A stretch of 64,000 bases of DNA from Octopus vulgaris. Its lineage: Eukaryota. The notes below the pieces were generated by a model. It searched no databases. It had not been told where the DNA came from and worked only from the letters and a program-made list of their open reading frames with translations. Of this stretch, positions 41,316 to 54,810 are shown in pieces. Location: NCBI GenBank assembly GCA_951406725.2, contig OX597824.1, forward strand, positions 56,420,001 through 56,484,000. The letters are read 5' to 3'. Within the stretch, counting starts at the first letter, position 1. Every line of letters starts with the position of its first letter. The translations under genes were made by a program, and so were the position numbers.

Positions 41316-41959
41316 GTAAATAAACTTCAACTATATTACTAACTCTTAGCAACACACTGATTTGTAATTTCTAACATTATTTTAATTCATCAGTACTTGC
41401 TTAATGGAACAAGTTGTAACAATGACTCAAGTCTACAGTAGATGGCTAAAGTTTAGATATATTTTTTCTGCTTTTCAGAAGGTGACTTCACTATATTTCT
41501 GTTGATCAGGTAGACAACAAACTTGTAGGGAAGAAGTATAATTCATTTTGTCTATTAGGAATCCTGGAGGAATGATAAGCAAGGTCACTCCCATAGTTGA
41601 TACTAGAAGAATTTAAGCTCACTATGTAGTGAAATGAAGTATGCACAGGAATGGCTGATTGGTCAAAAAGTTTGTTTCACAGTCATCAAGACCCAAGTTT
41701 GGTCATGTACATTAGCCTCACATTGATCCAAGCCTTGTAAAATTAGACTGACAGAAATATGTGGAAGTTCACCAGATGGATTATACTTGTAATTCAAAAG
41801 GTTTCAAACGTGTCACTATATTTCACTGATTCAGTTTATAAATTATGTTACTTGGTACTGAGAGAACATGTGTAGGCTGGAGAGCAATGAAGGTAGTATG
41901 CTCCATTGGATTTTCAGCATCAGTGTGCATCACCGACAGAGCTGTGCAAGCATAAAAAG

Positions 41960-42625
41960 GATTAAATGTAGTATGCAGAAGAGGAGAATGAGTTGGTTTG
42001 GACATGTGATTTGTTATGAGTGAAGACAGCTGTATACAGAAGTGCTTGTTGCTGAAAGTGGCTTGTAACTGTGGAAGAGGGAGACCCAAGAAGACATGGG
42101 ATGAAATGGTGAGGATGTTGGGGCTTATGGAGGAAATGACAGTGGATCAAGATGTTTGTAGATATGAAGTTCTAGAGAAGACCCGCCATGAAACTGACTG
42201 CTAGAAGAGTTGTATCCCACCCACTGTACCCTAAGAAATTGAACTACAATTCCTCTTCTAACTGCATCTTTCTCTTCCTCACATTTCCTCTTCATAAATT
42301 ATGATTGTTTTTCAGTCCCCTTTCTTGCCCTCACTGCCTTGCTTATTGTATTTCTGCTCCCCACACCCCAACACCCACATCCTATTTTTTTAACCAGGTT
42401 CTACATTTATATTCTTGTTATTTGTGAGTATACCCTAGCTCTACACTATCTCTCTTCTGCTTTCTCTTACACTTTTGTTGTTTGCTACTCTTTCTCTTTT
42501 TTTCTTTGGTCACTCTCTTTATCCTTCTCTTGTTTTTCCTCTGACTAGCTAACCAAGTATCTCCTTTACATCAGTACACTTGTTTCTGGCCTCTTTCTTG
42601 TACCTCTCTCTCATTCTCTATCACT

Positions 42626-42674
<49 letters not shown>

Positions 42675-43209
42675 CTATCTAACTAACCATCTTCCTCCTC
42701 TATAGCAAGACACCTGTTTCTGCCTCTCTATTTCCTTGTTACACTCTAACCTTTCATCATCTGCTACTGAATCACCTCCTTTGTTGTGGCAAGACACCTG
42801 CTTCTGTCTCTTTGTCACACTCTAACCTTTCATCCTCTGACGCAAGTTCCCCTCCTCAAATATCCCTGTCCCTCTCATAATTCCTTGTCTTGTGAGTTAC
42901 TTGGTTACCCTGCCAGTGCTGGTGATACATTAAAAGCATTTAGTCCACACTGTAATGTAACTGGTGTTTGGAAGGGCATCCAACTGTAAAAATCATGCCA
43001 AAACTAACCTCACCTCTGTCAGTGCCATGTAAAAAGCACTGAGTCCACTCTGCAGAATGGTTGGTGTTAGGCAAGGCATCCAGCCATAAAATCCCTGCCA
43101 AAACAGACACAGTAGCATAGGGTAATTTTTCTACCTGGCCATCTCTGTCAACCATCCTACTCATGCATGCATGGCAGATGGACATTAAATGATGATGATG
43201 ATGATGATG
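41960..43209 (+). mobile_element. RTE 3' end with a long CT-rich 3' region and (GAT)n tail; related to 48985-49850
   Basis: GRGRPKKTWDE is followed by AAGACACCTGTTTCTG subrepeats and the RTE tail. Confidence 0.6.
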
Positions 43210-43339
43210 GTGTACACATGTTGCGAAATACACTGGCCACCTATATGTTAATTTAAAGAGTAGTTAGTTCGGTTGATTGAACAACAGAAACTCATCATAG
43301 AAACAGATAGAGGATCTGTTATGAAGATGTATCGACCAT

Positions 43340-46300
43340 ATCCGGATGGTGCTTTTTACGTGTCACCAGCACGAGGAGCCAGTCAGGCAACTCTGGCAAC
43401 AACCCACGCATGAGTGGTGCTTATTGCATGCCATCAGCACTGGTATTGGCCACAATAGCAATTTCCATTTGATTGTGATTTGATTTTGATTTTGATTTAC
43501 TTGACTCAATAGGTCTCCTCAAGCATGGTATGTTGCCCAACGATTCAAAGGTACTTTTTAAATGGGCTGGTTATGCGACACTGGTCCAGGCTATCTCACT
43601 TCTTTGCCAGGTCTTCTCAATCACAGCATCTCTCCAGAGGTCTCAGTCTTTTGTCATTGCCTCTGTGAAGCCCAACGTTTGAAGGTCGTGCTTCACCACC
43701 TCATCCCATGTCTTCCTGGGTCTCCCACTTTCACAGGTTCCTTCCACTGTTAGAGAGTGGCACTTCTTCACACAGCTCTCTTCATCCATATGTAGCACAT
43801 GATCATACCAGCACAGTCGTCTCTCTTGTACACCACATCTGATGCTTCTTATGTCTAACATTTCTCTTGGCGCTTACACTCTGTCGTATGTGCACACTGA
43901 CATTACACATCCAGCAGATCATACTAACTTCATTTCTTTCAAGTCTACATATGTCCTCAGCAGTTATGGCCCATGTTTCACTGCCATGTAGCATGGCAGT
44001 TCACACACATGCATTATACAATCTACTTTTCACTCCGAATGAGGGGCCTTTTGTTACCAGTAGAGGTAGGAATTTCTGAACTTTGCCCAGGCTATTCTTA
44101 TTCTAGTGGCAATGCTCTCTGAGCATCCACCCCCACTACAAACTTGGTCACCAAGGTAACAGAAGCTATCAACTACTTCTAGTTTCTCCCTCTGGTATGT
44201 GATGGAATCAGTTTTCTGAGCTTCTGTGGTGTTTATTGCTCCTGTGCATCTGCCGCATACTAAAGCTATCTTCTCGGTTAATTTTCCTTTGATGTTGCTG
44301 CACCTCTTATGTGCCCATAGCTTACACTGGGTACATCTTATGGAGTTTCTACCTACACCTTTTCTACAGATTGAGCAAGGCCATCTACCTGAAGGGATTT
44401 GTGATGTGTTTGCCTTCCTACTTACGAGGACTTTGGTTTTTGCAACATTGACTGTAAGGCCCTTCAATTCTAAATCTTGCTTCCACACCTGAAACTTCTC
44501 TAGTTCTGATAATGATTCCACTATGAGAGCAAAGACATCAGCATAGAGGAGCTTCCAGGGGCAGCCTGTCTTGAATTCCTCTTATTGCCTGGAGGACTAT
44601 GATGAATAAGAGGTGGCTCAGGGCTGATCCTAGGTGAACCCCTACTTCTACTCGGAATTCTTCGCTATACTCATTGGTGACCCTCACCTTACTAACGTCA
44701 TCTCTATACAAGGCCTGTACAGCTCTTTATTAATCATTCATCAATCACCAGTTTCCACATTGCCCACCAGATAAGGGATTGGGGGACCCTGTCAAAAGCT
44801 TTCTTCAAGTCAACAAAAGCCAAGTGTAGGGGTTTATCTTTGGCTAGGTATTTCTCTTGCATTTGCAGGAGTATAGCATCAGTGTTGCTTCTACTTAGCA
44901 CAAAACTGAACTACATTTCATCTAAGCAGACTCTCTCCCTAGTTAGTTGGGATATGACCCTCTCCTTGACCTTCATCACCTGATCCAACAGTTTGATACA
45001 CCTGTAGTTATTTCTATCTAAAACATCATGTTTACCTTTGTACCAGTTGACTATGGTGCTGCTACACCAATCATTGGGTATGACTCCTTTGTAAACTACC
45101 TGGTTTACAATACAGGTGACTAGGTCATGACTTTCACCACCAGATATTTTGAGCATCTCAGCAGTGATTCCTGATGGGCCAGGGGCTTTTCATAACTTTA
45201 TATCCCTAATTTTTTCTCCACCAGGGTGCTTTGAATTTGGGTAGCTGGGTCAACATTTGGCAGGCTCTCCTCCTATGCATTCTCCACATTCATCAGCCTT
45301 TCATAATGGCTTCTCCAAGCCTCTTTCTTTTCAGAATCATTAAAAGCAAGTGCACCATCATCCATGCAAGCACATTTCTTTCTTGTGACATCACAATTTA
45401 CTCTTACACACTATCTTGCAATCTGAAATACTTCAGTTTGTTAGTCCTCACATCACTGAACATTGGCAAACTTCTTCTTTTCTGCTTCTCCTTTGGCTAG
45501 ATATACCTGGCTATCTGGTACAGTTCCCTGCTACTCCCACTCTTCCAGGCTTTCCAGGCCTATTTCTTTGCTCTAATGGCCTTGTCTACCGTATTATTCC
45601 ACCACCACCACATTACTCTAAATCTGGAAGGGACTTTGCACCAGCCGCAGATTTGCTCTGTGGCACTCAGTAAGCTGTCCCTCTATGTCCAAAGTCTGTA
45701 GCTCCTCCTCCCTGTCATCAAATTTCTCAGTGAGGATGTCTCTAAATCTCTGACCATGTGAAGGGTTCTTTATCTTCCAAATCCTTCTTTTTTGGATTGG
45801 TCTGCTTTTTGGCATCCTTCTGGCCTCGAGTCTAAAGTTTCTAATAACTAGTCTATGCTAAGAGGTACATTCTTCAGGAAGGTTCTTTGTATTTTAGAGC
45901 AACCTTGCATCATGCTGTCTGGCGAGGATGAAATCAATCTAGCTAACAGAGTCACCTGATTGATAGGTTATCAGGTGGCTATTAGGCTTCCTGATGTTAG
46001 TGTTGCAGATTAACCCTTTCGTTACCATATTTCTAACCAAAATACACCCCTTATGTGTTTCAGTTAATTTCTAACATAATCATAAATTTAGTCTGGTTTC
46101 ATTAAACAACTCTAACTTTTTTATTTATCAACATATTAATGTGATTTTTGAAAATAATTTAATGAAAGGTTCTCAACCATTTTTGTACCATAATTTTTGT
46201 CACAAAGTTACTCTAATTACAGGTAAATTCAAAAAAATATAAAATTATTAAAATTTTTGTAGAAAATGGGTTAGTAGCTAATAACCCGTGCTAGCGCGGA

Positions 46301-48285
46301 AAACGGACGTTAAACGATGATGATGATGATTCAATTGGGTATAGAACAAAATTTTACTATAGAAGAGTTGTGCACATTACTGGATTCATCAGGTGAATTT
46401 AAATACACAAAAGACAGGTGTACCATGAAGGTATAGGTAAAACGAAAGACTGGAATTTGCCTGTGAAGAAAACTAGAAAACAAAATACACATACACCATC
46501 AACTAGATTGAATAAGCTCCCCCACATACATAGATACACAGATACAATAATGTATAGATACATACATAGATACAATAATGATTTGCAAAAGAAATTAATC
46601 AAAGTTTGTCACTCACCTTACTGGTAAATTAAAATAACCAGTAAATTAAAATTATACATAAAGAAAAATAGAAACGAAGTACCCAGTATTTGATTCACAA
46701 ATCTTCCAAACTTTGATCCCCCATTTTGTGGGCTTTACTGGCATATATTGTTGAAAATGCACTCGGCTTTTATAGCCCACCATACCCTCATCAATAGATA
46801 AATATCTCCCTGGTTTATAAACTGTTTTATACGTGTTTTGAACACAGTCAATGAGATGTCTTATTTTAAATACGGGATCAAAGTCTGCTTCTTGTGTCTC
46901 TTATATATAAATACTGAGTCAATTTTAAAAATCGTGTCCTCGTCATTATGCTCGAGACATATTCATCTCCAAAGGGTTCATCGCTACTCCAGTAATTTGT
47001 TATTCTAGGTAGCTTTCTAATGTCTATAATAATATTTATGGCAAAATATGCCTTAATCTCATGTAAGCTTGTGGGAAACCACAAACTATCCTTTCTTTCA
47101 CTTTGTTTACGTAACGGTTTGTTTCCACCGTAATTATTTCAAATAAGCTCATCAGAAAAAGTAAAGAGAAATAGTCTAAAGCTTTACTCTCCTGGGAAAG
47201 ACTGACTTGGTCTAGTTTCTTCAGTTTTTAAATTTTTACTCCATTCAGATGCCAATCCATTTTCTTTATCGCTGTCATCGGAGCTCTAAGATTCACTGCT
47301 TTCACTTTTGGAAAATGAAACATCAGATTCATTATCAAATACCACGTACTTTTTTTTTCAGTTATAGAGTTAGATTTATCATGGTCTTCAGTGGAAAATC
47401 CTTCGAATTTTGACTCGCTGCTTAACAGAACGAAATTTGTATCCATTTTTTTTGTCAGAATTACAAATTTTCGAAACACAACAGGAGCAAATTTGGAGAA
47501 AAAAATCTCCCAAAGTTCACAGAATCAAAATAACACATAGATTGTTGTACAAAACTGTAGCTGAACTGTTTACGCAGTATAATCATATGTTTTCACGAAT
47601 GTACTAACGAGATTTGCTGTGACACTCATTTAAATATGAATATGTGATTACGGGCGGTTTTGGGCGGCTTGGTCACATGAACCAAAATTTTTTTCGGGTG
47701 GCTTTGGCTGGTTTGGTAACGAAAGGGTTAATAGGTTGCATGCATCACAGAACTCCAGTAGCCTAGTTCCCTCTTTGTTTTGGGAATTAATTCCATGGCC
47801 CCCCTGAATATCATGGAAGATACTGGATTGTTGTCCAACATGCCCATTAAAATCTCCAGCTGCAAAGATGAGGTCATTGTCACTTGTCTTTGAAGTGGCC
47901 TGTAGAAGGGATCGTAAAAGTGGTCCTTCTGATTATTTGGTAGGCCCGCTTGTGGAGCATAGGCAGAGATAATTGTAGCTATACTAATCTGCAGGACTAG
48001 CCTGATCTTCAGCATTCTATTGCATACCCTGATTACCTCTATGACCTTATCCACCCATTTCTCTGCATCGAGTATGCCTACATTCCCTACTCCATCACTG
48101 TTACCTTCCCAGAAGATTTTTATACCTATGTGCCTTACCCGTGAGGACTCTGGCAGAAGCTTCTCTCCACTTTACCTCTTGTATGCAGCAAACATCAACA
48201 CGTCTCCGTTCAAGCATCTCTACAATCTCACTAGACTTCCCTTTCAGTGTGCCTACATTGACAGTGCCAACTCTAAAAACAGGGA
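43340..48285 (-). mobile_element. Decayed near-full-length RTE LINE (APE + RT with PHD-like insert), interrupted by piggyBac
   Basis: The EN start (VGTVNVGTLKG...DVCCIQE) is at ~48270. Other motifs are IISAYAPQ, YKGK.D.LDRNNYR.IKLL, WPCSICRKGVGRNSIRCTQCKLWAHKRC and GRPRKTWDE. Confidence 0.85.
46014..47727 (-). mobile_element. Internally deleted piggyBac transposon
   Basis: TTAA TSDs lie at 46010-46013 and 47728-47731, with 14-bp TIRs CCCTTTCGTTACCA/TGGTAACGAAAGGG. Transposase remnants are EIKAYFAINII...YWS...MTRTRF and LSIDEGMVGYK...QYMPVKPTKWGIKVW. Confidence 0.92.
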
Positions 48286-48984
48286 AAGGAATATGGGAGG
48301 AGACATGGGGAGGGGAGATGTTATTCAGTGCCTGAAAAGAAGAAGAAGGTTCTTGTGTTCATCTGATAGACATGCTACACCTGTTCTCACTTTCGACCTG
48401 TCATCATTCAAACATTCAAGCATGTTAAAATTGTTGCCCCTACTGGGTGTAGGAGTAGGTATTAGTGGCATTGTAACTATAAGCATTATGGACATCGTAA
48501 AATCATAAACTTAACCTTTACTGGAGTTGCAGGATATAAGTAAGTTAATAAAAAAAGATAGATAAAGGAGGAGAAGAAGAGAGGGAGAAGAAGAATATCA
48601 ATATGCCTATGTTAGATTAAGTAAGTGGGCAGCTAAACTAGTTGCATTTGTCCCAGGAGAGAGGGAGAGGAAATTGCAGGTATGATAGAGGATACCACAC
48701 ACGCATACACACCCAGGAGAGAGAGAGAGAGAGAGAGAGAGGAGATTGCAGGTATGTTAGAGGATACTGTCAGTGAGGGAGAGGGTTTCTGGTGAGAGAA
48801 GAGAGATACCCAGAAATGGTAGTGGGAAAAGAGAGAGATATCTGGTATTGGAGGGAGGAGAGAGAGAGATCCAGTATTTTTTTTTGGGGGGGGCACACCA
48901 TGAACAAGCAAGGGTTAATTTAGAGAGATGGTATGAAAAATATGTAGTCAACTTGAGAACACAGGAGGGAAGGAGAGATTTGTT

Positions 48985-50952
48985 GTGATTTGTTATGAGT
49001 GTAGACAGCTGTATACAAAAGTGCCTGTCACTGAAAGTGAATGGTACCTGTGGAAGAGGGAGACTCAGGAAGACATGGGATGAAGTGGTGGGGACCAATC
49101 TCAGGATGTTAGGACTCATGGAGGAAATGACAATGGACCAAGATATTTGGCGATATGAGGTTCGAGAGAAGACCTGCTCACATCGGTGAAACTGAATGCT
49201 AGAAGCATTGTATCCTACCCACATGTAACAATAAACTTTTCACACGCCCTACTCCACGAAACCAAACTGCATCTAAACTGCATCTTTCTCTTCACATTTC
49301 CTCTTCATACGCTATGATTATCTCCCACTCCACTTGCCTGCATACTGTATCACTGCTCCTCCTCCCCATCCTCATGCCCAGGCTTTAACCAGTCATTGCA
49401 ATCCACAGGCATACCCTGGCAATTGCCACCATTTATCTCTTTCTTCCTTACTCTACTATTACACCTGTACTCTGATCCTTGTTACTTGTGTATATACCCT
49501 GGCACTTCACCACCATCTCTCTTGCACTTTTGCTGTTTCCCACTCTCTCTCTCTCTCTTTCCCTTGCTCTTTCCTTGGGTTGGGTAGCCATGTATTTCCT
49601 CTACAGCAGCACACCTATTTCTACCCTCATTCTCGACCACTCCCTCTCTCTCCTTCTCTTGCTTTTCCCTCTGACTAGGTAACCCAGTATCTCTTTTACA
49701 TTAGCACACCTGTTTCTGTCCTTTCTTGTACCTCTCTCTTCCTCTTTTTCTCTCTTTCTCTTTTCTCTCTCTTTCTCACTCCTTCTCTCTCTGGTTGGGT
49801 AACCATATGCCTCCTCTATAGCAAGACACCTGTTTCTGCCTCTCCATTTCTCAGGTATGTGGCCCTGTTTGATTTGTAGGAAAGGTATTGCCAGGAACAC
49901 AATATGGTTTAGCCAGTGTAAGCTATGGACACACAAGAGGTGCAGTGGATTAATAGGAAGGTTATTAGAGAAGGTAGTGTTCGTATGTGGAAGATCCATA
50001 AAATCTACTGAGATTCAGGAAATTGATTCTCTGAAATGCCCTGGTGGCTCATTAGAGGCAGTAGATAATTTCTGCTATCTAGGGGACCAAATTAGTAGTG
50101 GGGGAGGATGCATGGAGAGTGTGATAGCTATAATAAGAATTGGATGGAGGAAATTCAGAGAGCTGTTACCTCTGCTGGCTATGAAAGGTTTCTCACTCCA
50201 AGTGAAAGGAAGATTGTATGATGCATGTATATGGAGAGCAATTCCATGTGGTAGTGAGACATAGGTGCTGAATTCAGAGGTCATGTGAAGGTTAGAGAGA
50301 ATGAGGCCAGTATGCTCCGCTAAATGTGTAATGTAAGTTTACATGTCTGACAGAGTGCTAGTGTATTAAGAGAGAAGTTAGGCATAAGAGGAATTAGTTG
50401 CTGTGTGCAAGAGAGAAGACTGCACTGGTTTGGTTATGTGATGTGGATGGATGCTGACAACTCCTTAAAGAAGAGCTAATCTCTCAAAGTAGATGGAACA
50501 CGTGGAAGTGGGAGACCTAGGAAGACATGGGACGAAGTACTGAAGGGCAACCTCAAGATGCTGAACCTTTCAGGCAAGATGGTAAAGGACTGAGATGCCT
50601 GGCTCCTTGCTGTGCTCAAGAAGACCCATACTTCACAGCAGAAGTGTTAAAACCAGTCCCCCTGGTGGTGGGTCTTGACCTGCAAGAATCCTGTGCCAAT
50701 TCTATGTAAAAAGCACTCGTGGTGGTGCCACGTAAAAGTGTCTGTTTCAACTTGTAAACATCTGTGTGGTGCCACATGAAACTGCTTGTATGGTGTCACG
50801 TAAAAGCACCCCAGCACACTCTATAAAGTGGTTGGTGTTAGGAAAGGCATCCATGTATAAAAACCATGCCAAACCAGACTGGAGCCTTTCAGCTCTTGTC
50901 AAACCATCCTACCCATGTCAGCATGAACAATGGATGTTAAATGATGATGATG
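48985..50952 (+). mobile_element. Two consecutive RTE LINE 3' fragments
   Basis: GRGRLRKTWDE occurs at ~49060, and WPCLICRKG...FCYLGD...KGRLYDAC at 49857-50264, followed by the (GAT)n tail. Confidence 0.75.
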
Positions 50953-52986
50953 ACACTACAGCTAACACCAGCCAGTTATTGTATATCATTGCACATGCAT
51001 TACTGGAAGTCCATAGTAAACATGTATCGTTTAAAATTATAATTATTGATACACACGCACCCTACACCCCACTTATAGGTAATTACTAATGTGTGTTTCA
51101 TGTAATACAGCAGATTAACTATTTGGGTGACTATCATATGTTCTACTTCACCAGATATTTTGGGCATAGCGTCTAACCCTGATGGGCCAAATACTTTTCT
51201 TACATTAATCTCCTTAATCACTCTATTCACCACTCTACTGTCTACTGAATTACTGATTTCTTTGTTGCATCACCATGAAGTGCTCTTTTTATATCCAATT
51301 CATTCTTTTCATTCAACATCCTCACATAGTATTATTTCCATGCCTCTTTCTTGTCATCAGCAGTAATGGCAGGTGTACCTTCACCATTTCTGCTGGTATC
51401 AAAAGTCTTCTTTGTCAAAGTGAAGGGTAGATTGTATGATGCTTGTGTTTGAACTACAATGGTGCAAGATTGTGAGATGTGGGCTTTGAATGAGAAAGAA
51501 TTGCAAAGACTAAAGAGAAATGAAGCAGGTATGCTCTAATAGATGTGTAATATTAGTATGCCTGAATGCCAAAGTACAAATGAACTGAGAGAAAACTGGG
51601 TGCAAGGAGAATCATATATAGTGTACAAGAGAGCAGGGTGCATTGGTGTGGGTATGTAATGCACATGTATACTGATTGCTGTACAAGGAAGTGCCATGTG
51701 ATCTTGGTTAATGAAACTCATAAAAGAAGAAGACTGAAGATGACATGGCACAAAATGGTGAAAGCTGACTTGAAGATGCGGCATCTTGTGGGGTAATAAG
51801 AAAGGACGATATTGATTGGTGATACATATTGGGTTTGTAAAAAATATGTAGTGTTTTTTAAGTAAAATTCATTAACAATATTTAGATAGTTGTGTACACC
51901 TTTACTCAACCAAATATTTCCCAATTTGTTCCCCTACCTTTTGCCATCTTTGAGGCAGCTTCATGATCCCATCCTCCCAGAACTTGGGATCTTTCTGGGA
52001 CATTAACTGGTCTATATAGTTTTTACACACTTTTAAAGAATCAAAGTTCTTCTCATTTAGAGAATTTTGCAGGAATTGGAATAAATGATAATCTGAGGTA
52101 CAAGATCAGGTAAGGGTAAGTGTGGTGGGTGGGGTAAAACATCCCACCCAAGCTACACCAACTTCTGCCTGATCTTGAAAGAAATATATTTGACTCAAGT
52201 CGAATATTTATTGAACAGCAGTTTCCTAACATGCATAATTATGTATATGCTCCTTTTGTAATGTCATTTTAGTTCCTAGCAAATATAACCACCTTAACCA
52301 ATTATCCTTTTGATATAGATAGATAAAAATCAACTATATTGAATAGGGTAAAGGTTGCCCTGTCTCAATCTTGATTGGCTTTAAATCATGAAATCACTTC
52401 ATTAGTACTATGCTATAAGGAGAAATCAGAGGCCCTCCTTATGTCATTTACTTTTTTCATTACTAGGCAGCTTTTAAGAGAAATGCTGGGAGCTACATCA
52501 GCTCTTGTGTGTTGAGTTTGTAGCATTTTTAAATGCTTTTGATGCCATAAATTGTAAAATCAACCAACTCCAGTCTTCTCATTTAGATACTGGGACTGCA
52601 CAATTTCTGTTGTCAATATACTGGACAAAGAAATTCAAAACCACCTTAGACAGAACTCCATACCCCTTAGTGAAAAGATATTTTTAAAGATCCATTTCAG
52701 CTTTCATGCTAAAGTCCTCGTCTGCTTGACAATGTGTTTTGATTAATGTGTATTGGTCTGCAACATAGACTACATAAAGCTGTTACATTAATGATGATGG
52801 AGTAAAGATTGTTTGCCAAAATAACATGGCAGTCCTGGTTTAGAAAGAATGTTGCTGTAATTTAGCCCCAGGAGACATCGTCTCCAGCTAGCTATACGAC
52901 ACGATCTGTGTCCTTATATTTTTGAATAAAATTGATAATTTTCCACATTATTTTTTACTGTTTTATCTACTTCTTTTATTTTACAG

Positions 52987-53179
52987 CATATCTTAATAGA
53001 TGTTGATTCCTTACTTTACGTTGATACAGATGTTCTGTTCTTGAGTCCAGTCACTGCTATATGGGAAATCTTCAGCAAATTTTCTGAATCCCACACAACA
53101 GGACTAGCACCAGAGCATGAAGATGCTGGTACTGGGTGGTACAACAGATTTGCTCAACATCCATTTTTTAAACCTTTAG
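52987..53179 (+). CDS. GXYLT1: Glucoside xylosyltransferase, exon C (DxD motif)
   Basis: Acceptor is ttttacag, donor is gtattt, and the exon is 193 nt. It encodes HILIDVDSLLYVDTDVLFLSPVTAIWEIFSKFSESHTTGLAPEHEDAGTGWYNRFAQHPFFKPL(G). It is missing from the ORF track. Confidence 0.95.
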
Positions 53180-53387
53180 GTATTTTTTGGTTTTGATTTA
53201 ATTTTAAAAAATTCATCAGCTATATAATAATAATATTGCTAGATTTAATGTATTGCCTTTGTATTTTATTTATTTTCAATTTGAAAATAACTTCACTGAC
53301 ATATGAATATTTTCAAAGATAGTATTGTTTTTCTCATTCTTTCTTTTGTCAAATGAAATTTTTTCCCTTTGTTCCTTTTCTTTTAAG

Positions 53388-53537
53388 GTGTCAACTCAGG
53401 TGTTATGTTGATGAATTTAACAAGAATCAGATGTACAAAATGGCAATCGTTAATCATAGAATATTACAAGACTTACAGATATAAAATTGTTTATGGAGAC
53501 CAAGACCTAGTGAATATCTATTTTCATTTCAATGCAG
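53388..53537 (+). CDS. GXYLT1: Glucoside xylosyltransferase, exon D
   Basis: Acceptor is a polypyrimidine tract plus aag, donor is gtaggc, and the phase is 1/1. It encodes [50 protein letters not shown], with the GT8 NSGVML and GDQD motifs. Confidence 0.95.
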
Positions 53538-53738
53538 GTAGGCATCCTTTAGTTATCATTATACTACAGGTACACTGTAGATTTTCTGATATCCTTGACA
53601 AATTAACTGTTTTGCTGGACTATCCTTGGTCACATACAGGGTATTAAATATGAATCTGAACCATATTTCATTGCACAGTATGTTATGGATAAACACCTTT
53701 CAAAGCGCTAAGGCATTTACTTTTTTCTATTACCAACA

Positions 53739-54810
53739 GCTTATCTGGTGGTCAATGAGGAAACTAGGGATGGATGAATGGTTAGTGAGAGCTGTGCAAG
53801 CCATGTGCAGGGATGCTGTCAGTAAGGTGAGGGTTGACAATGAGGACAGTGAAGAATTCCAGGTGGAGGTAGGGGTCCACCAAGGGTCAGTCCTTAGCCC
53901 CCTCCTATTCATCATAGTCCTCCAGGCAATAACAGAGGAATTCAAAACAGGATTCCCCTGGGAGCTCCTCTATGCTGATGACCTTGCTCTAATTGCTGAG
54001 TCACTATCAGAACTAGAGGAGACGTTTCAGGTGTGGAAACAAGGATTAGTATCAAAGGGCCTTAGAGTCAACCTAGCTAAAACCCAAGTCCTAATAAGTA
54101 GGAAGGCAGACAAACCACAAATCCCTTCAGGTAGATGGCCCTGCTCAATCTGTAGTAGAGGCCTAAGTAGAAACTCTATAAGATGTACCCAGTGTAAGCT
54201 ATGGACACATAAGAGGTGCAGCAATATCAAAGGAAGGCTAACTGGGAAGATAGTTTTTGTATGTGGCAGATGCTCAAAAGCATTAAACACCGAAAATGTG
54301 CAGAGAACAACTTCCACTACATGACAGGGAGAAAAACTAGAAGTAGTTGATAGCTTCTGTTACCTAGGTGACCAAGTCAGCAGCAGGAGAGGGTGCACTG
54401 AAAGTGTAGCTGCTAGAATAAGAATAACCTGGGCAAAGTTCAGAGAGCTCTTACCTCTGCTGGTGACAAAAGGCCTCTCACTCAGAGTTAAAGGTAGACT
54501 GTATGATGCATGTGTACGAACAGCCATGCTACATGGCAGTGAACATGGATGACTGCTGAGGACATGAGTAAGCTCACAAGGAATGAAGCCAGTATGCTCC
54601 GATGGATGTGTAATGTCAGTATGCATACTCGACAGAGTTTTAGTACCTTGAGAGAAAAGCTGAACCTAAGAAGCATCAGATGTGGTGTGCAAGAGAGACA
54701 GCTGCACTGGTATGGCCATGTAGCGAGGATGGATGTGGATAGCTGTGTGAAAAAGTGCTACACCCTAGCCATTGAGGGAACATGTGGAAAAGGTAGACCC
54801 AGCAAGACCT
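53739..54810 (+). mobile_element. RTE LINE RT fragment, truncated at both ends
   Basis: Motifs are GVHQGSVLSPLLF, LLYADDL and WPCSIC..C..C..WTHKRC. It stops abruptly at GRPSKT, where the Helitron-associated sequence begins. Confidence 0.9.

Noticed and set aside
53405-54324. ORFs 53405-53647 and 53626-54324 as single genes
   Set aside because: The first reads through the exon D donor, and the second is intron sequence running into an RTE fragment.
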